A stretch of DNA of 64,000 nucleotides from Nageia nagi (GCA_050084985.1 JBITNC010000001.1:70246001-70310000); one strand, 5' to 3'; numbered from the stretch's first letter, positions 1-13,873 are shown. A program made the numbers and translations. Notes: generated from the letters alone by a model not told the origin.

Positions 1-224
1 GAAGCATGAGGTTGAAAGACAATTGGAAGAACTCGAGAAAGTTGGGTACATGAGGTCAGAGAACCAAGAACCAGAAACAGAAGATGTCATTGTTGACATC
101 GCGAAGAAAGAAATATAAGAAAATAGAGAAAAACATCACCGATTGTTGAGAGGAGAGAGTTCACATGCCCCTCCTGTCGACAACTCTAAAATCATTTGTA
201 CTGATCCTCATGACAAAGATCCAT

Positions 225-600
225 TTTGGATACTAGTTTGATGGTTCCAAATCCAGGCTTGGAAGCAGAGCTGGAGTCGAGTTGCAGAATCCTAAAGGGA
301 AGAGGTATCAAGCCTCATTTCGGTTGCAATTTCCCTGTACTTGCAACTCTGTCGAATATGAAGCACTGGTTCTCAGACTGAAATTAGCTCTCCGAAAGGG
401 TGTGAAGTACCTGAAGATAATAGAAGATTCAAAGCTGGTGGTGAATCAGATCCAGAATGTCTACTCATGCAAGGATCCGAGATTGTACAGATACCAGACC
501 CGAGTGTGGGACCTCCTAAGGGACTTGGAGTCGTTCAAAATCCAAGTTGTTTCTTGAAGACAAAATTTGGTGGCAGATTCTCTGGCCATGGCTGCAAGCA
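225..600 (+). pseudogene. Additional 'archaeal-type' RNase H (aRH) domain of the Tat element, upstream of RT
   Basis: FDGSKSRLGSRAGVEL...CTCNSVEYEALVL...IEDSKLVVNQI...QNLVADSLA reproduces the RNase HI-like D/E/D/D motif layout. Confidence 0.85.
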
Positions 601-939
601 CACTCCAACCCTTGGAGAATTCTCGTTTGCAGAAGTTCACTGTTGAGCTGGTCATAGTGCCTTTCGTCCCTGACAACATTGCCCATCTTCAAGTATTCCA
701 AGATGAATGACAAATTCAGGATTTCATGGCAAACTCTGGAGTTTTTGTTTCCCAAACCCTTGAAGAAGAATCTTTCGACTCTGATGTGGAACATAACGAA
801 GGTTTAGCGAAAGAAACCCTAGATGATGGCATCATCCAATTGAAAACAAATAAGATCCCTAGGGGAATTGTAACCTTGGAACGGCTGTATGATCACGATG
901 TAATCCACCATCAAAGTTACTGCTCGGATTGATGTTGAA

Positions 940-3711
940 GATGCCAAAGCAGTCAACTTGGGAACGGAGTCAGAACCCAAGAACGTCCTCTTTGGGAAAT
1001 CCTACATTGGCACCGAAAGAGCGGAAATTATTCGCGTCATATGTGAGTTCATAGATATCACAGCATGGAGGTATAAGCATCTTAAGACTTATGATCCCAG
1101 TATCATTACTCATACTATTCCCCTCAGACCGAACGTGAAGCCTTTCAGATAGAAGCAAAGGGTGGTTAATCTCATCCTGGAGCCCTTGATTTTGCAAGAA
1201 GTTCAAAAATTGGCTTAGTCCAAGATTATATTTCCAATTAAGCACTCGTCCTGGGTTGCGAATATAGTTCCTATGTGAAAGAAAAATGGAGAGATACGGG
1301 TTTGCATTGAGTTCAGACATCTCAACTAGGCTTCTAAGAAAGATAATTACCCTCTTCCCTCCCTAGACGAGGTCTTGCAGATCGTAAATGGTTCACAAAC
1401 GATGTCCTTTTAGGACGGATATTCAAGTTACAATCAGATTTTGGTTGATGAAAAAGATAGATTGAAGATAACCTTCACCACCATGTGGGGAATATTTGCC
1501 TACAATCGAATGCCCTTCGCCTTGATAAATGTTGGCGCTACGTTCCAGCAAGCCATGGATTTTGCCTTCCAAGGATTGATCGAGAAGTCCATCGTCATTT
1601 ATATGGATGATTTGATAGTGTTTTCGAAAGACAAATCTTCTCATGCAGAGGATTTAAGGAGGATTTTTAAAAGATGTAGAAAATTTGGAATGTCCTTGAA
1701 TCCCAAGAAGTGCATTTTCGACACTTCCAAAGGAAGACTATTGGATCATGTCATCTCAGAGCATGGAATTTCTATTGATCCCGAAAGGGTGGATGCCATT
1801 CAAAAAATCCCATATCCCTCAAGTGTTAAGGAATTGAGGTCATTCATGGGCGATATTAATTTTGTCCACAAGTTCATCTCATGTGAAAATTGCTAAACCC
1901 ATCAATGACATGTTGAAAAAGGATGCTAAGATAGTGTGGGATGAAAAGGCGCATCAAGCTTTTCATGACCTTAAAGGTGCCATTTCCAACGCTCCCATCC
2001 TCACTAGCCATGATTACAAACGCCCATTCTTTTTGTATTCCTTTGCATCCGACCATTCCTTAGCTGGATTCCTCACCCAAAGGATCGAAGAGGAGAATCA
2101 TGAGAAGTCCATTGCATTTATGAGCAACCCTTTGAAAGACGTCGCTTTAAGATACCCTCCTGTTGACAAACAAGCATATGCCTTGGTTCGAGCAGTCAAG
2201 AAATTCAGGCATTATATTCTTATAAGTCATATTACTGCTATCGTGCCTGACGCAGCTGTAAAAAATTTGCTCGTCTAGCATGAGATGGGTGAAAAGCAGG
2301 GAAATTGGGTGACCGCTCTTCAAGAGTATGACATCACTATTCAACCAATGAATATTGTACGAGGCCAAGAACATTCATGCACTCGCCTTCTGTGGGAACC
2401 ATGTTGATTCGGAAGAGGCGAGAGATGATACTGATATCTTGATGTGTCAGTATACGTCTTCAAAAGGCTCCTGGTATGAAGATGTAACTGGATATCTCAC
2501 TTTTGGTTCTTATCCCCATCATTACAATCAAGCCCAGAAAAGAGCCTTGAGATACAAATTTGCCAAATTCATGATCAAGGCCAATAATCTGTTTCGCAAA
2601 AATCACGAAGGTATTTTCTTAAGATGCCTTGAAGAAAATCAAGTTGTGGAGACATTGAAGCAGTTTCACGACCAAGACAATGGAACCGGCCATGCTCCAG
2701 GTCGTGTCTTGGCTCATCAGATTTTGAGAGCTTGATTTTACTAGCCGACCACTTTCAAAGATGCCTGTAATTACACGAAGAAATGTCACATTTGTCAAAC
2801 TTCAGCTGGAAGAGCGAAACACTCGAGTCTCCCCCTTCAACCCGTGCTCGAGGCCAAACCTTTCGCCAAATGGGGTTTAGACTTCATTGGGGTTATACAT
2901 CCCAACTCCTCCAACAGAAACCAATTTATTCTCACCGCCATTGATTATTGCACCAGATGGACCGAAGCCAAAGCATGCAAAAATGCCACCTCTGAGATTG
3001 TCAAAAACTTCCTTAAGGAGTTCATCATCACAAGATTTGGCATCCCTTACAGTTTGGTGTGTGACAATGGTCCGGAGTTCATTTCGACGAGATTGACAAG
3101 GTGGGCATATGACCATGGCATCAACATAAGTTACTCCTCGAATTACTATCCGCAAGGCAATGGAGTAGCTAAGTCAACTAATAAAAATCTGGTCATGGTG
3201 ATCAAAAAGCTCCTGGCTCAAAATCCATGAGAATGGCACTATAAGTAGAAGTATGCACTATGGTTTGATAGAATCAGGCTGAAGAAGTCTCTCAGCACCA
3301 GCCCATATCACTTGGTATATGGCACCAAACCTTTGTTCCCCATGCATTTGAAGATTGAGACCCTTCAATTCATGAAGGAGTATACTGGAATAGATGATGT
3401 GGTTGAGGCAAGATTGGTGAATCTTCTCCAGCTGGAAGAAAAAAGGGAGCAAGCCCTTCAAAGTATGATTCGTCATCAACAAATTACCAAGAGATGGTTT
3501 GATAAAACTACTCGCGTGCGGAAATTCGAACAAGATGATCTCGTCTTGATGTGGGATAAAGCACATGAGGATAAAGGGAAACATGCTAAGTTCGACAGAC
3601 TCTAGTTGGGGCCGTTTCTCATTAAAGATCTCAAAGCTCAAGCAACTCACCGGAGAAGTGTTACCATTGCCCGTCGATGGTAAGCATCTCAAGCATTACT
3701 TTCAAGCTTGA
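940..3711 (+). pseudogene. Gypsy pol remnant: RT, RNase H, integrase
   Basis: ORFs 1441-1896 (RMPFAL, YMDD), 1862-2278, 2355-2735, 2844-3230 (rve core) and 3312-3605; ends KHYFQA* at 3711. Confidence 0.92.
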
Positions 3712-4039
3712 AGAATAGTTGCACCATCCTGTACGTAAGTGTCGTGTTTGCATTTTGTCATGTCCAATCGTCTCTTGTTAGTGTCACGTTTCGGCCTTAT
3801 ATTGTCCTAATCTGTGCATTATATTAATCTCATTCTATTATTGGTTTGTTCATTTAGTTTGTTTTATTTTAGCTATTGTTGTGCCTACACAACACCCCCC
3901 CAAATTTTTTCACATTTTGAGGACCCTCAAGAAAGCAAAAGAGGAATTGCAGGAAAATTTGTCAAAGATGCACATATTTCGGTCTAGTCTTAGGAACATG
4001 TTTAAAGTGCATTTTCATGGTAGTTGAAGTCGAAATCTT

Positions 4040-5600
4040 CCATTTTTCAGTATGTCGCATGTTTTTCAATGAGTGCTTTTGCACCCCTCTCAAGCCATGC
4101 GACCAGTCAACCTTCCTCATTTTTGTCACTTGTCTCATGATGTTCAAAAGCATCCTGAGGGCCTCCATGTTGTAGGAACTCCATTTGCATCTCATATGTC
4201 ATTTTTTCTATCGAAAAAGCAAAGGAAACACCCATTTTCAGCTTGTCGCATGTTTTTGAGGAAGTGCTTTTGGACCCTCTAGGAAAGGTGCGACTAGGTT
4301 GGACATCATCTCACACTTAGCATTTTTTCAATGCATTTTGGTGTCGCATGCATTTCATGGAGTCCTTTTTGCACCCCTTCAAAAGGGTGCAACCAAGGTG
4401 GCAACTCATACTTAGCAGTTTTTTCTCATTGGTGCGTGCTTTGAGATGAGTCCTTTTAGCACTCACCAAAAACCATGCGACCAAGGAGATTCTATACTTA
4501 ATCAAATTTTGGAGCCTCAAAGGCTATCGCATGCATTTCATGGAGTCCTTTTAGCACTCACCAAAAAACATGCAACCAATGTGAGGGACACTTAGTCAAA
4601 TTTTGTAGCCTCAAAGGCTGTCGCAAGGATCTAAATGAGTCCTTTTGCACTCATCCAAAACCATGCGACTAGAGGGAAGAAAGGAAAATTGAGCCTCATT
4701 GACAAGTGGGAGCCCATGCATTGGACCTCTTTCTATGCCTATCTCATGGTGACACGTGTCCCACCTAGAGGGCTATACAAGGGAAGTCAAACTCCTTCAT
4801 TTCAGTTTGCAAATTTGACAAGGAGCAAAGCGTGGGAGAATAGGAGAAAAAGCACCCCTTCCTAGGCGTGCGACCAAAGACTACTTGCACTTTTTTTGAA
4901 GTTTTTCAGATCCTAGGCCTTGTGAAGCGTGCCAAGACTCGCGCAAAGATTTAAGCATGTGCTTTGGGCACCCATTCAAAAGGGTGTGACTAGGGGCGAA
5001 GGCTTCAAAATCAGTGTGAAATTTGGCCAAGTCACCCCCCTTTCCCAGTTGCATCATTTTCACCCCATCCTTTTGCACACTCCAAGAAACATTCAACCTT
5101 GTTGTGGGCCTTCTATTTGACCCTTAGACAGACCAATAAGGAAGTGACACCTGGCAACTACACAAATTTATAAATATCACCCCCTTTTTGAGTATTTCAA
5201 ACATCATTCCATAATCACCCCTCTTCTTAGTCGCATTTCTCTTGCTTGCTTGGGCACTCATTTCAAAACATGCGACCAAGGAAAGAAGACCACTCAGAAA
5301 CATTGCATATTCATTTCTGAACCCAGTCGCACCATTTCTCTTGGATGCCTAGGCACTCACTCTAAAACGTGCGACCAATGAGGAAAGGAGGATTTAGAGA
5401 CATTGCACATTCAGTTAGTATTTTTTGGCCAAGGCATTTCATATCAACCCCTAAACCCAGTCGCATATCTTCAAGGCAGTACTTGAGGCACTCATTCAAA
5501 ACCATGCAACCAGATCTGGAATGAAGAATTGTGTTCGAAAATTGACTAAGTGACCCTAGGCCCAATCGCATACTTTCAAGTTGTGCTTTTGCACTCACCA
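4040..5600. repeat. Dispersed or degenerate tandem repeats in the Tat 3' region
   Basis: Recurrent TGCGACCA/TGCGACTA and the complementary GTCGCA motif in both orientations, plus repeated gagtccttttagcactcaccaaaa blocks. Confidence 0.7.
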
Positions 5601-5689
5601 AAACTATACGCCTAGATTGGTCAGACGTTTGGAGTTGAGTAATATCTTCCATGGCTTCGAACATCAGAACACCCCCATTGAGAGCCAAG

Positions 5690-6250
5690 AAAGTTCAAAG
5701 CCAGTTGTTCGAAAGGCATGTAACCAAAGCCAGATGACTAGGCTTTTGAAGGAAAGTCTTATAGAGTTTCAGCAAAAGGACAAACAAAGCTCCCTAAAGC
5801 CAAATTCAAGAGGAGACACATCTTCGTTGGTGACACAGATTGGGTAAACCTGGACCCTATTCTGACCCTAGCCTCCACGTCCTCCATCAGCAAAGAGGAC
5901 TTATCCGAGGAGCTCATCCACACGAGGATTGTTCAATGCTGCCATGATGCCGTTTGCAGTACCTTTCCCAGACCTGTGCAATGAAGTGGCTAGGAAATGT
6001 GATTATGGCAAAAGGGTTCTACAGGATACAAAAGGCAACGTGATCATGGACTTTTTCCCTACTGGAATTGAAGCAACCTTTGGCTGGAAGAGGTATGGGG
6101 ATGATTATATGCTGACCCATTCTGAAGAATTTCATGATTCCACGGCCTAGAGACTATATTCGACCTTGGTTACTTGAAGAGTTTCAAACCCTTTAAGGGC
6201 AGAGGCTGATCAGTGCACGAAGAGATGAATTCTTGCCAAGCTAGACGCAC
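5690..6250 (+). pseudogene. Extra ORF remnant downstream of pol in the Tat element
   Basis: Coding-like fragments 5581-5847 and 5929-6150 (LFNAAMMPFAVPFPDLCNEVARKCDYGKRVLQDTKGNVIMDF), same strand as pol. Confidence 0.55.
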
Positions 6251-6266
6251 CATTGAAGGGACCAAT

Positions 6267-6892
6267 TGTTGGATCTAAACTCGAAAAAACCATTGGAACA
6301 ATGACTTAAGGGTTTTCATCCTTAAGCCTTGGATCTAGAAGGCTTTTCGTCGTTCTAAACCACTCTCTTGCAGGTTTTTGTCCACAAGAGGCTAGAATTT
6401 GACTTCACAACCACGTCTCAAAGAAGATGATTGATAATAGCCAAAGATGTTCTCAATGTGGTGTGCTCCTCCCTTATATAGTTGGATGTTCCATTTTGGG
6501 GGTCTTAATTCCTCCTTGGGTTCACCCAAACTGGACATCCCATCTAGAAGCTCACAATTGGATCTTGGAATCACAATTTTCCAATCTCGAGATCCCAAAT
6601 TACTCAAGAACACTACACAATATTATTTTACTCTTAGACACAATAAAACACACTTACATATCCCTAGAAGAGGGACGTTCCACTTCAAGTGGCCAAATAA
6701 GCACATTACAATGCATTAAATGAGTGAGATGCCAACTTTAGGAATGTTAACACACAAAGACACGCTAAATGACTCCTAGATACTCCAAAACACTCCTAAA
6801 GACTCCTAGAGGTGAGATGCATCCCTCCATGTTGATGTAGTCAACATTAAAACGTTTTACATGGAATAGCCATCAAATTTGGGGACATGACA
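6267..6892 (-). mobile_element. LTR (solo or fragment) of a different family, truncating the Tat element
   Basis: Minus-strand start TGTCATGTCCCC, end GATCCAACA, TATA-like ctatataagg; no matching TSD (CCAAT vs AATGC). Confidence 0.55.
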
Positions 6893-8416
6893 AATGCAAT
6901 TTATGAGTTTACACTAACCAAACAGTCGACACACCTTGATATGTTGTCATTCAACACATCTAGAGAGTCAACATGCTGATCATGTTAATGCCAAAAGTCA
7001 ATGTCAGTCATTTGGTAGGTCCCTAAACCATGTTTGTTCTTAAATCAACATAAATAAAAGGACAGAAAAAAGTGACTGACAAAAATGAAGTTTGGTGAAG
7101 GTATTATACGTTTATAATATTCATCAATGTTGACTCAAGTTACAAGGTTGCCCGGATAAAAATTAAATTTAGATGGACATTGTTCATGAGCATATTTAAT
7201 AAAAATTTTGGAAATGTTAAATTTTAGATTTTGGACTCAAAATAGGCATGTTATATACCACTGAAAAAGCTCCAAAAGACACTTTGATACAGAAAATGCT
7301 TTGTTCTTGAATTTCAGGTTAAAGTTTAATTATTCATAGTTTATCCTTTTAAATTGATACTTCCATAATACATGTCTGAGATATGTTGCCAAAATCAAGT
7401 TTGTATTCCCAATCGACCATAAATTTCCTTTCATAAGTTTGAAACACAATGCATGAGATGTAGTCCCAACAGGACCTATAACATCATGCTAGGACTTCCC
7501 ACCCTTGAACTTTATGAAGGGTTGGAATACTGTTTGTATATTTTTATACATCAGTTGACTCTTTGAAATTGACAGCAAAGATTATTTGCTACGAACTTCA
7601 GGTTCCTGTTGTCCATATCACTCTTTCAGAATCCATAATTAGAGAATGATTTGGAGTTGAACTTTGGAGTTTAGACTGAAGTTTGAAGCTTTAGAAATTC
7701 ATTTGACAAACGATAATTCTTCCCATTTTTGCAAGCCTATGCCGTCCTACCATTGTTTAGCATTTATATTTGGCATTCTCCATAAAGTGACAACATCTGG
7801 AGAATAGGCTTTCCTGTTGGAATCCCTCTTTGCTGACATTTATAGAAAATGATTACATAATTATCTAAAACTTCTCTCCATTATTTCCAGTGCATGCCCT
7901 ATTTGGCAGCCTTGAAGGTTTTATTCCTACCTACAGGACATGCATATGGTATGTTATGGAACTCATATAGGTTTTTTACTAAGTATTTTTCCCAATATCC
8001 TTGAGAATGAGAGCACAAAAACAAGCAGAACATAAGAGTCTGAAAAAAGTGAAGGGGAAGGACACCTCTCTTCAGTAAGTTTCCCACTAACCCATGCAAG
8101 TCATATGATTGGTGATATCCTGGAGGACATTTTCAATGATAATGTAGTTAATGACATCATCTATCAAATCACATAGGATTTCAGCTTTTTTTAGTTGTGT
8201 TGAGGCATATACTGACTACAAAAAGACTGAACCACCCACATAAGAAATAAGAAAAATGGATTAGAGTTTTATCTCTCGTAGATCCACCTATTCATTATGA
8301 TGTTACATCCCTTCTTCCTCCAAATCTTATTCTACTCCTCAATTGCAAGTTATATGTCACCAGCAGGTTCACCAAACAATGGGTCATGCAGTTCATGATA
8401 TGTTGGTGGCCTGAAC

Positions 8417-11400
8417 TGTTAAACTATAGTTATTTTAAGCTTATTAGGTTAGTTAGTGTGTCCAACTTTAGTGTTCTCTTCTTCTTGTTAGAGTACCTAA
8501 GTTGACAATATTTTATACGAGGTCTTTAATTCCTTGTATATTGTTGTCATCCTTATCCTAGTTAGTTATTGATCTATGGTTGTGAATATTTCCTTCTTCC
8601 AACCGATCATATGGCCGTAATTGCTTTACCTTGCCTATTTAAGCAAGGCTCTTTCATTGTTATGACAAGCAATCAATTCACTAGCTATTCTTTTTGAGTT
8701 TCGTGTGATTCTCTTCATCATCTTGCAGATCTTGGATGGAATGATGTTTCGTTTTTGTGTTTCATTCTTATCATGGAACTAGAGGTTTGGAGATTGTTGA
8801 AGTTTTTCCTCAGAGTCTTTTACAGGATTCATCTTTTCTGATTTGAGAGCCTCAGATCTACATGTGAGTTAGATTCATGATCTACTTGTGGCTAGATCCA
8901 GTTCACTCTTGGAGATCTATCTCCCTTGGAGATTTTGTGAAGTCTTCATTGTTATAGTGAACACGGTGTGGCCTCATTTTTCTTGCAGATCTAAATTGCA
9001 CATTTGCGGAGAGATTGGTTGTGTTTTTCCTTCGCAATGTGCTTACATTGTTGATCTGCATTTTCTGTGTGCACGCGCCCATCTAGAGCTACAACAAGTG
9101 CGGGCTCCTTTCTATGCATCACACATTTCATGATTTGCATTTTTTTGGAGAGGCATGTTTGTTTTGTGTGCAGCGACACCATACCCATTCCATTCCTCCA
9201 TAACACATTGTGTCTTCTGGTGGTGACTCGTGTGTACAACATCCTATCTTGCTAAGGGGCCAGTTGTATTAGTGTGTTTTGGCATATTTTATTACATGTT
9301 TGATGCCCTAGATCAGTTCATAGCATCCATTGAGACATAATTTGATACTTGTTGGTTATTGTTGGGCTAATTCCTGCATTCAAGAATTTTTGGGATTTTA
9401 CAAAGCCACGCATTATGACACTCCTTGCACAAAAAGGCTTAGATCATTTGCTCACACAGCAATCGTACACCTTCAAGACAGATTATGGGACATTTCTTTT
9501 TACTAAAAACCTAAATGAGACACTTGGGTTGATCAAATGCAATGTTAGTGAGAGTTTATGGTTTCATTTGGATAGTTGTACTACTCCTTATGATGCGTGG
9601 GATAAGGTTGAAAAGTTGTTTGGTAAAGTTGATAAAATGAGGGCAATGCAACTTGATGCACAACTTACTACTTTGTCACATGATGATTATCTCACTAAGT
9701 TTAAGGAGCTTTATACTCAGTTGAAGAGCAGTGGTAAATCCAAAACTGAAGATGAATGTGTGTATTTGATATTGTCAAAGCTAAAAGGTCCCTTTCACAT
9801 CTTTGCTTGCACATTTCTCTCCACTATGGAAGCTATGGGTGCTACTTATAAAATGCCTAGCTTGGAAGAGTTTTGTGAACTTCTTACGAGGGAACAAATC
9901 AAGCTTTCCACTCTTGAGACTTTTACATCTTCTTCAACTAAGGCATCGACAACATCACAATCTAAAGAAAAAGGTAAGCCCAAACTTAAGCCTCAAGACA
10001 CTGCACCTCCTTCACCATTAGCTCCTAACCCCAAGGATTCCAAACCCAATCAAAAAGGTCCTTCCAAGAAGAAGGCAAAGTTTAAAGAGACTTGTCATTT
10101 TTGTGGCACTATTGGTCACCCCACTAAAAGATGTTTCAATGTTTCAAGAAGAAGCGTGCTTTGATAGATGCCATGAAAAAGCACAAGATTAATATTCCTA
10201 ACGAACTTGGTAAGGCTTTGAATGCTCATGGCTGATTTGATTCTACTTCAGAGAGTTGGGTATTGGATTCAAGTGCTTCACATCATATGACTTCTTCCAA
10301 GAAATCTTTTGCATCTCTTTGTTCCAATTCTACTTCTAGTATTGAGGTTGGTGATTCCTCTTGCATTCCAATTCTTTCAAGAAGTCTTTTGCATCTTTGA
10401 TGTGCTCTATGTTCCTAATATCACCACTAACTTGCTTTTTGTGTATTAGATTTCTAATTCTAGTACTAGGCCGACTGTTTTGTTCACACCTCAGGAATTT
10501 GAGATCCGTAGTTTGTTGGAGCTGTTGTTGATCATTTTGAGATTTTATCAGTTTGAGGGCTTTGATGATACTACTTGAGGTACTAGGTTGGTTGCTCATG
10601 CAGATTCTATGAGCAGAATTTGGCATGAGAGATTTGGTCATCTCAACTTCAAGTATTTCAACAATTGAACACTCATGATATGGTCATTGAATTGCCTATG
10701 GTTTTTTGTCTTGGTGGTTATGTCCTTAGCAAGCACACCAAGACCCATTCCTCAAAGGTAAAGCACATCATGCATCTTCACCCTTGGAGCTTGTACATGG
10801 CGATTTGATGATCTTTCTTCATCTATCTTTCACCAGAGCTCGGTATGTACTTACTTTCATTGATTATTTCTCGAGGCATACTGGGGTGTACTTTCTCAAG
10901 TACAAAAGTGCTTTTTTTCTCACTTCAAAGTCTTTAAGGCTTTGGTCGAGAATTAGGCTTCTTAGTTTCATCAAGAAGCTTCGCATAGATAATCGGGGTA
11001 GTACTTTAGCAAAGAGTTCTCAAATTTTCTTGCAGCACATGGCATTATCCATTAGCATTCAGTCCCTCGTACTCCATAATAGAATGGTGTAGCAGAAAGG
11101 AAGAGCAGAACTTTGAAGGAGATGTCTAACTGCATGATGCACTCTCGGGATTTACCTCTTATTTTCTGGGCAAAGGCAATTAATTGTGCAAGTTATATCC
11201 AAAATTGCACACCACATCAAGCACTCACATATTTGACTCCTAAAGAAGCTTGGATTGGAAACAAGTCGAATGTCTCATTCTTTAGGGTCTTGGGTAGTCA
11301 TCTTTGGGCTCATATTCCAAAGAAACAACGTAAGGCTTTGGACAAGAAGAGTAAGCCACTCATCTTTGTTGGCTATAGTGAGGACATGAAAGCTTATTCA

Positions 11401-13873
11401 TTACTTGATCCTAACACATGATATTTTCATTTGAACACATGTTTAGTTCGATGAGCATCTTTCTAATCCTCCTCCTTACCCTCCTTCGGTTTCTCTTAAT
11501 GATTCACTTGACACCACTTGTTATGTTTTGGATGTTAAGGACACTCTTGTTGATCCTCCTAATGTTGTTGCTCTTTCTCCTACTCCCCTAACCTTACCTA
11601 GGTGGGCTCGTACTATAATTAAGGAGGTAGCACCTTTTATTCAGGATCTTCCTCCCTCCCTCATCATTCTACCGGTATTGGACTAGTTAGTTAGGCAATT
11701 TTAGGTCATCCACAAACTTTTTCAAAGGCTCATGGGATACCGAAGTGAGATGATGCTATGGCAACAAAGTATTCTTCTTTGATGAAGAATCAAACTTGGG
11801 ATCTTGTTTCTCTTCCCAAGGGGAGGAAATTGGTTCGTTGTAAATGGGTTTTTCAAACCAAATATCTAACAGATGGTTCTGTTGACAAGTACAAAGCTCG
11901 TCTTGTAGTTAAGGGGTTTTCACAAGTTGAACATATTGAGTCATTGACCACTTTGAGACCTTTGCTCCTGTAGCAAAGATGGATTTTGTTTGCCTTGTAC
12001 TTGCTCTTGTTGCATCACAAAGTTGGTCTATTTTTCAGATGGATGTGAAGAGTGCCTTCTTGCATGGTGATTTGTAGGAAGAGATTTATATGGAGTAGCC
12101 TGTTAGATTTGTCCAGGATTCTTCACTTGTTTGTCGCCTTAGGAAGTCTCTCTATAGCCACAAACAAGCACCTAGAGCTTGGTATGAGAAGATGGATTCT
12201 TTTCTACTCTCTATTGATTTTGTGCGATGTTAGTCAAACCCTAGAATTTATATTTGGCAAAAGTGAGAGAACATCACCATTCTTGTTTTATATGTTGATG
12301 ATTTACTTCTCACTAGTTACTCCACTACCAACATTCAATTTGTTCAGTAGTCTCTCTCTAATCGCTTTAAGATGGCAAACCATGGACTTGCTCACTACTT
12401 TCTTGGATTTTAGGTCATCCAGACATATTTAGGGACTTCATTATGTCAGCACTAGTATGCATTGGATCTTCTTCAGCGATTTTGGATGGATGATTGCAAG
12501 CCATCTCCGACAACTTTCCAAATGGGAGTTACATTGACTTCTTATACTTCACCTTTGTGTGATGCCACTTTGTATCGAGAGTTGGTCAAAAGTTTTTTGT
12601 ACCTTACCCATACTCATCTTGACATTTAGTTGGGCTTGTTTCTCGGTTTGCATAGTCCCCAATCCCCACATGATACTCATTGGCAAGAAGCCAAGAGGAT
12701 ACTTCGATATGTAAGGGGTACTACTCACTTTGGTTTGTTCTATACCAAAGGTGATCCAATGTTGCTTGGCTACACTGATTCAAATTGGGTTGGTTCTTCC
12801 AATGATCGTTGTTCCACCTCCGACTATGTGTTTTGTCTTGGCACTTCTCCCATTACTTGGTCTTGCAAAAAGCAACAAACTATTGCATTATCATCCATTG
12901 AAGCAGAGTACAGGGTAGCGGTTACAAGTTAAGAGGCTCTTTGGCTGAGACAGTTGTTGGCAATGTTTGGTTTCCCACAGGATCAAGCTACATTTCTTTG
13001 GTGTGATAACCAAAGAGCCATCCACATTTCTCTCAATCCTATTGAGCATCAACGCACCAAACACATCGAGGTTCATATGTATTTCATTCACTAACACATC
13101 CAGAATGGCATTCTCGACATGGAGTATCTTCCTACTTAGTAACAGATTGTGGACATCTTCACGAAGCTTTTTGCATCGCCTCGTTTCTTTGAGTTGTGTG
13201 ACTTGCTTGGGGTGATAGAAGTTGTCCTTGGGAGGTATTGATGAGGACGTCTTCCTCTCCACTTTCTTTCCTCTACTGGTAGATGATTTTTTCCCATGTG
13301 GTTTTTTATCATCTCCTACAGATTTGTATAGCCTTTTTTGGTAGCTATTGTACATGAGTACCTTATCAGGCCGTATTGTCGGGACTCATATTTGTGGAAC
13401 TTGCCACTTTTATGTGTTTGGTTAGTTTTCCACACTCCTTCCTAGCATTGCTTGAGGGGGGGTGTTAAGAGTATAACTATCTTAAGCTTACTAGGTTATT
13501 GTGTCTAACTTTAGTGTTCTCTTCTTCTTGTTAGAGTTCCTAGGTTGACAATACTTCATACAAGGTCTTTAATTCCTTAGACATTGTTGTCATCCTTATC
13601 CTAATTAGTTATTCATATACAATTGTGATTATTTCCTTCTTCCAACCGATCATATGGTTGTAATTGCTTTATCTTACAGTTGTGATTATTTCCTTCTTCC
13701 AACCGATTGTATGGTTGTAATTGCTTTACCTTGCCTATTTAAGCAAGGCTCTTTCATTATTATGACAAGTAATCAGTTCACTAGCTATTCTTTTTTAGTT
13801 CTATGTGATTCTCTTCATCATCTTGCAGATCTTGGGCGGACTGATGTTTCATTTTTGCTTTTCGTTCCTATCA
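8417..13873 (+). mobile_element. Full-length degenerate Ty1/Copia LTR retrotransposon (short LTRs, Ale-like size)
   Basis: LTRs 8417-8773 and 13463-13873 (TG..CA); perfect 5-bp TSD TGAAC; degenerate tRNA-Met PBS after 8773; PPT GAGGGGGGG before 13463; gag-PR-INT-RT-RH order. Confidence 0.95.
9349..13230 (+). pseudogene. Copia gag-pol remnant
   Basis: Gag with CHFCGTIGH zinc knuckle; WVLDSSASHHM protease; LVHGDL integrase; CKWVFQTKY..YKARLVVKG RT; GYTDSNWVG..SSIEAEY RNase H. Confidence 0.92.

Larger units (their letters stand above)
1..6266 (+). mobile_element. Ty3/Gypsy LTR retrotransposon, Tat lineage, degenerate; 5' part lies outside the window
   Basis: Domain order aRH - RT (YMDD in ORF 1441-1896) - RNase H - integrase (WGLDFIG, DNG, YYPQGNGVA), then a long repeat-rich 3' region and an extra ORF remnant; many stops and frameshifts. 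Confidence 0.9.

Noticed and set aside
6267-6892. As the 3' LTR of the Tat element
   Set aside because: Opposite orientation, no clear PPT before it, and it cuts the extra ORF.
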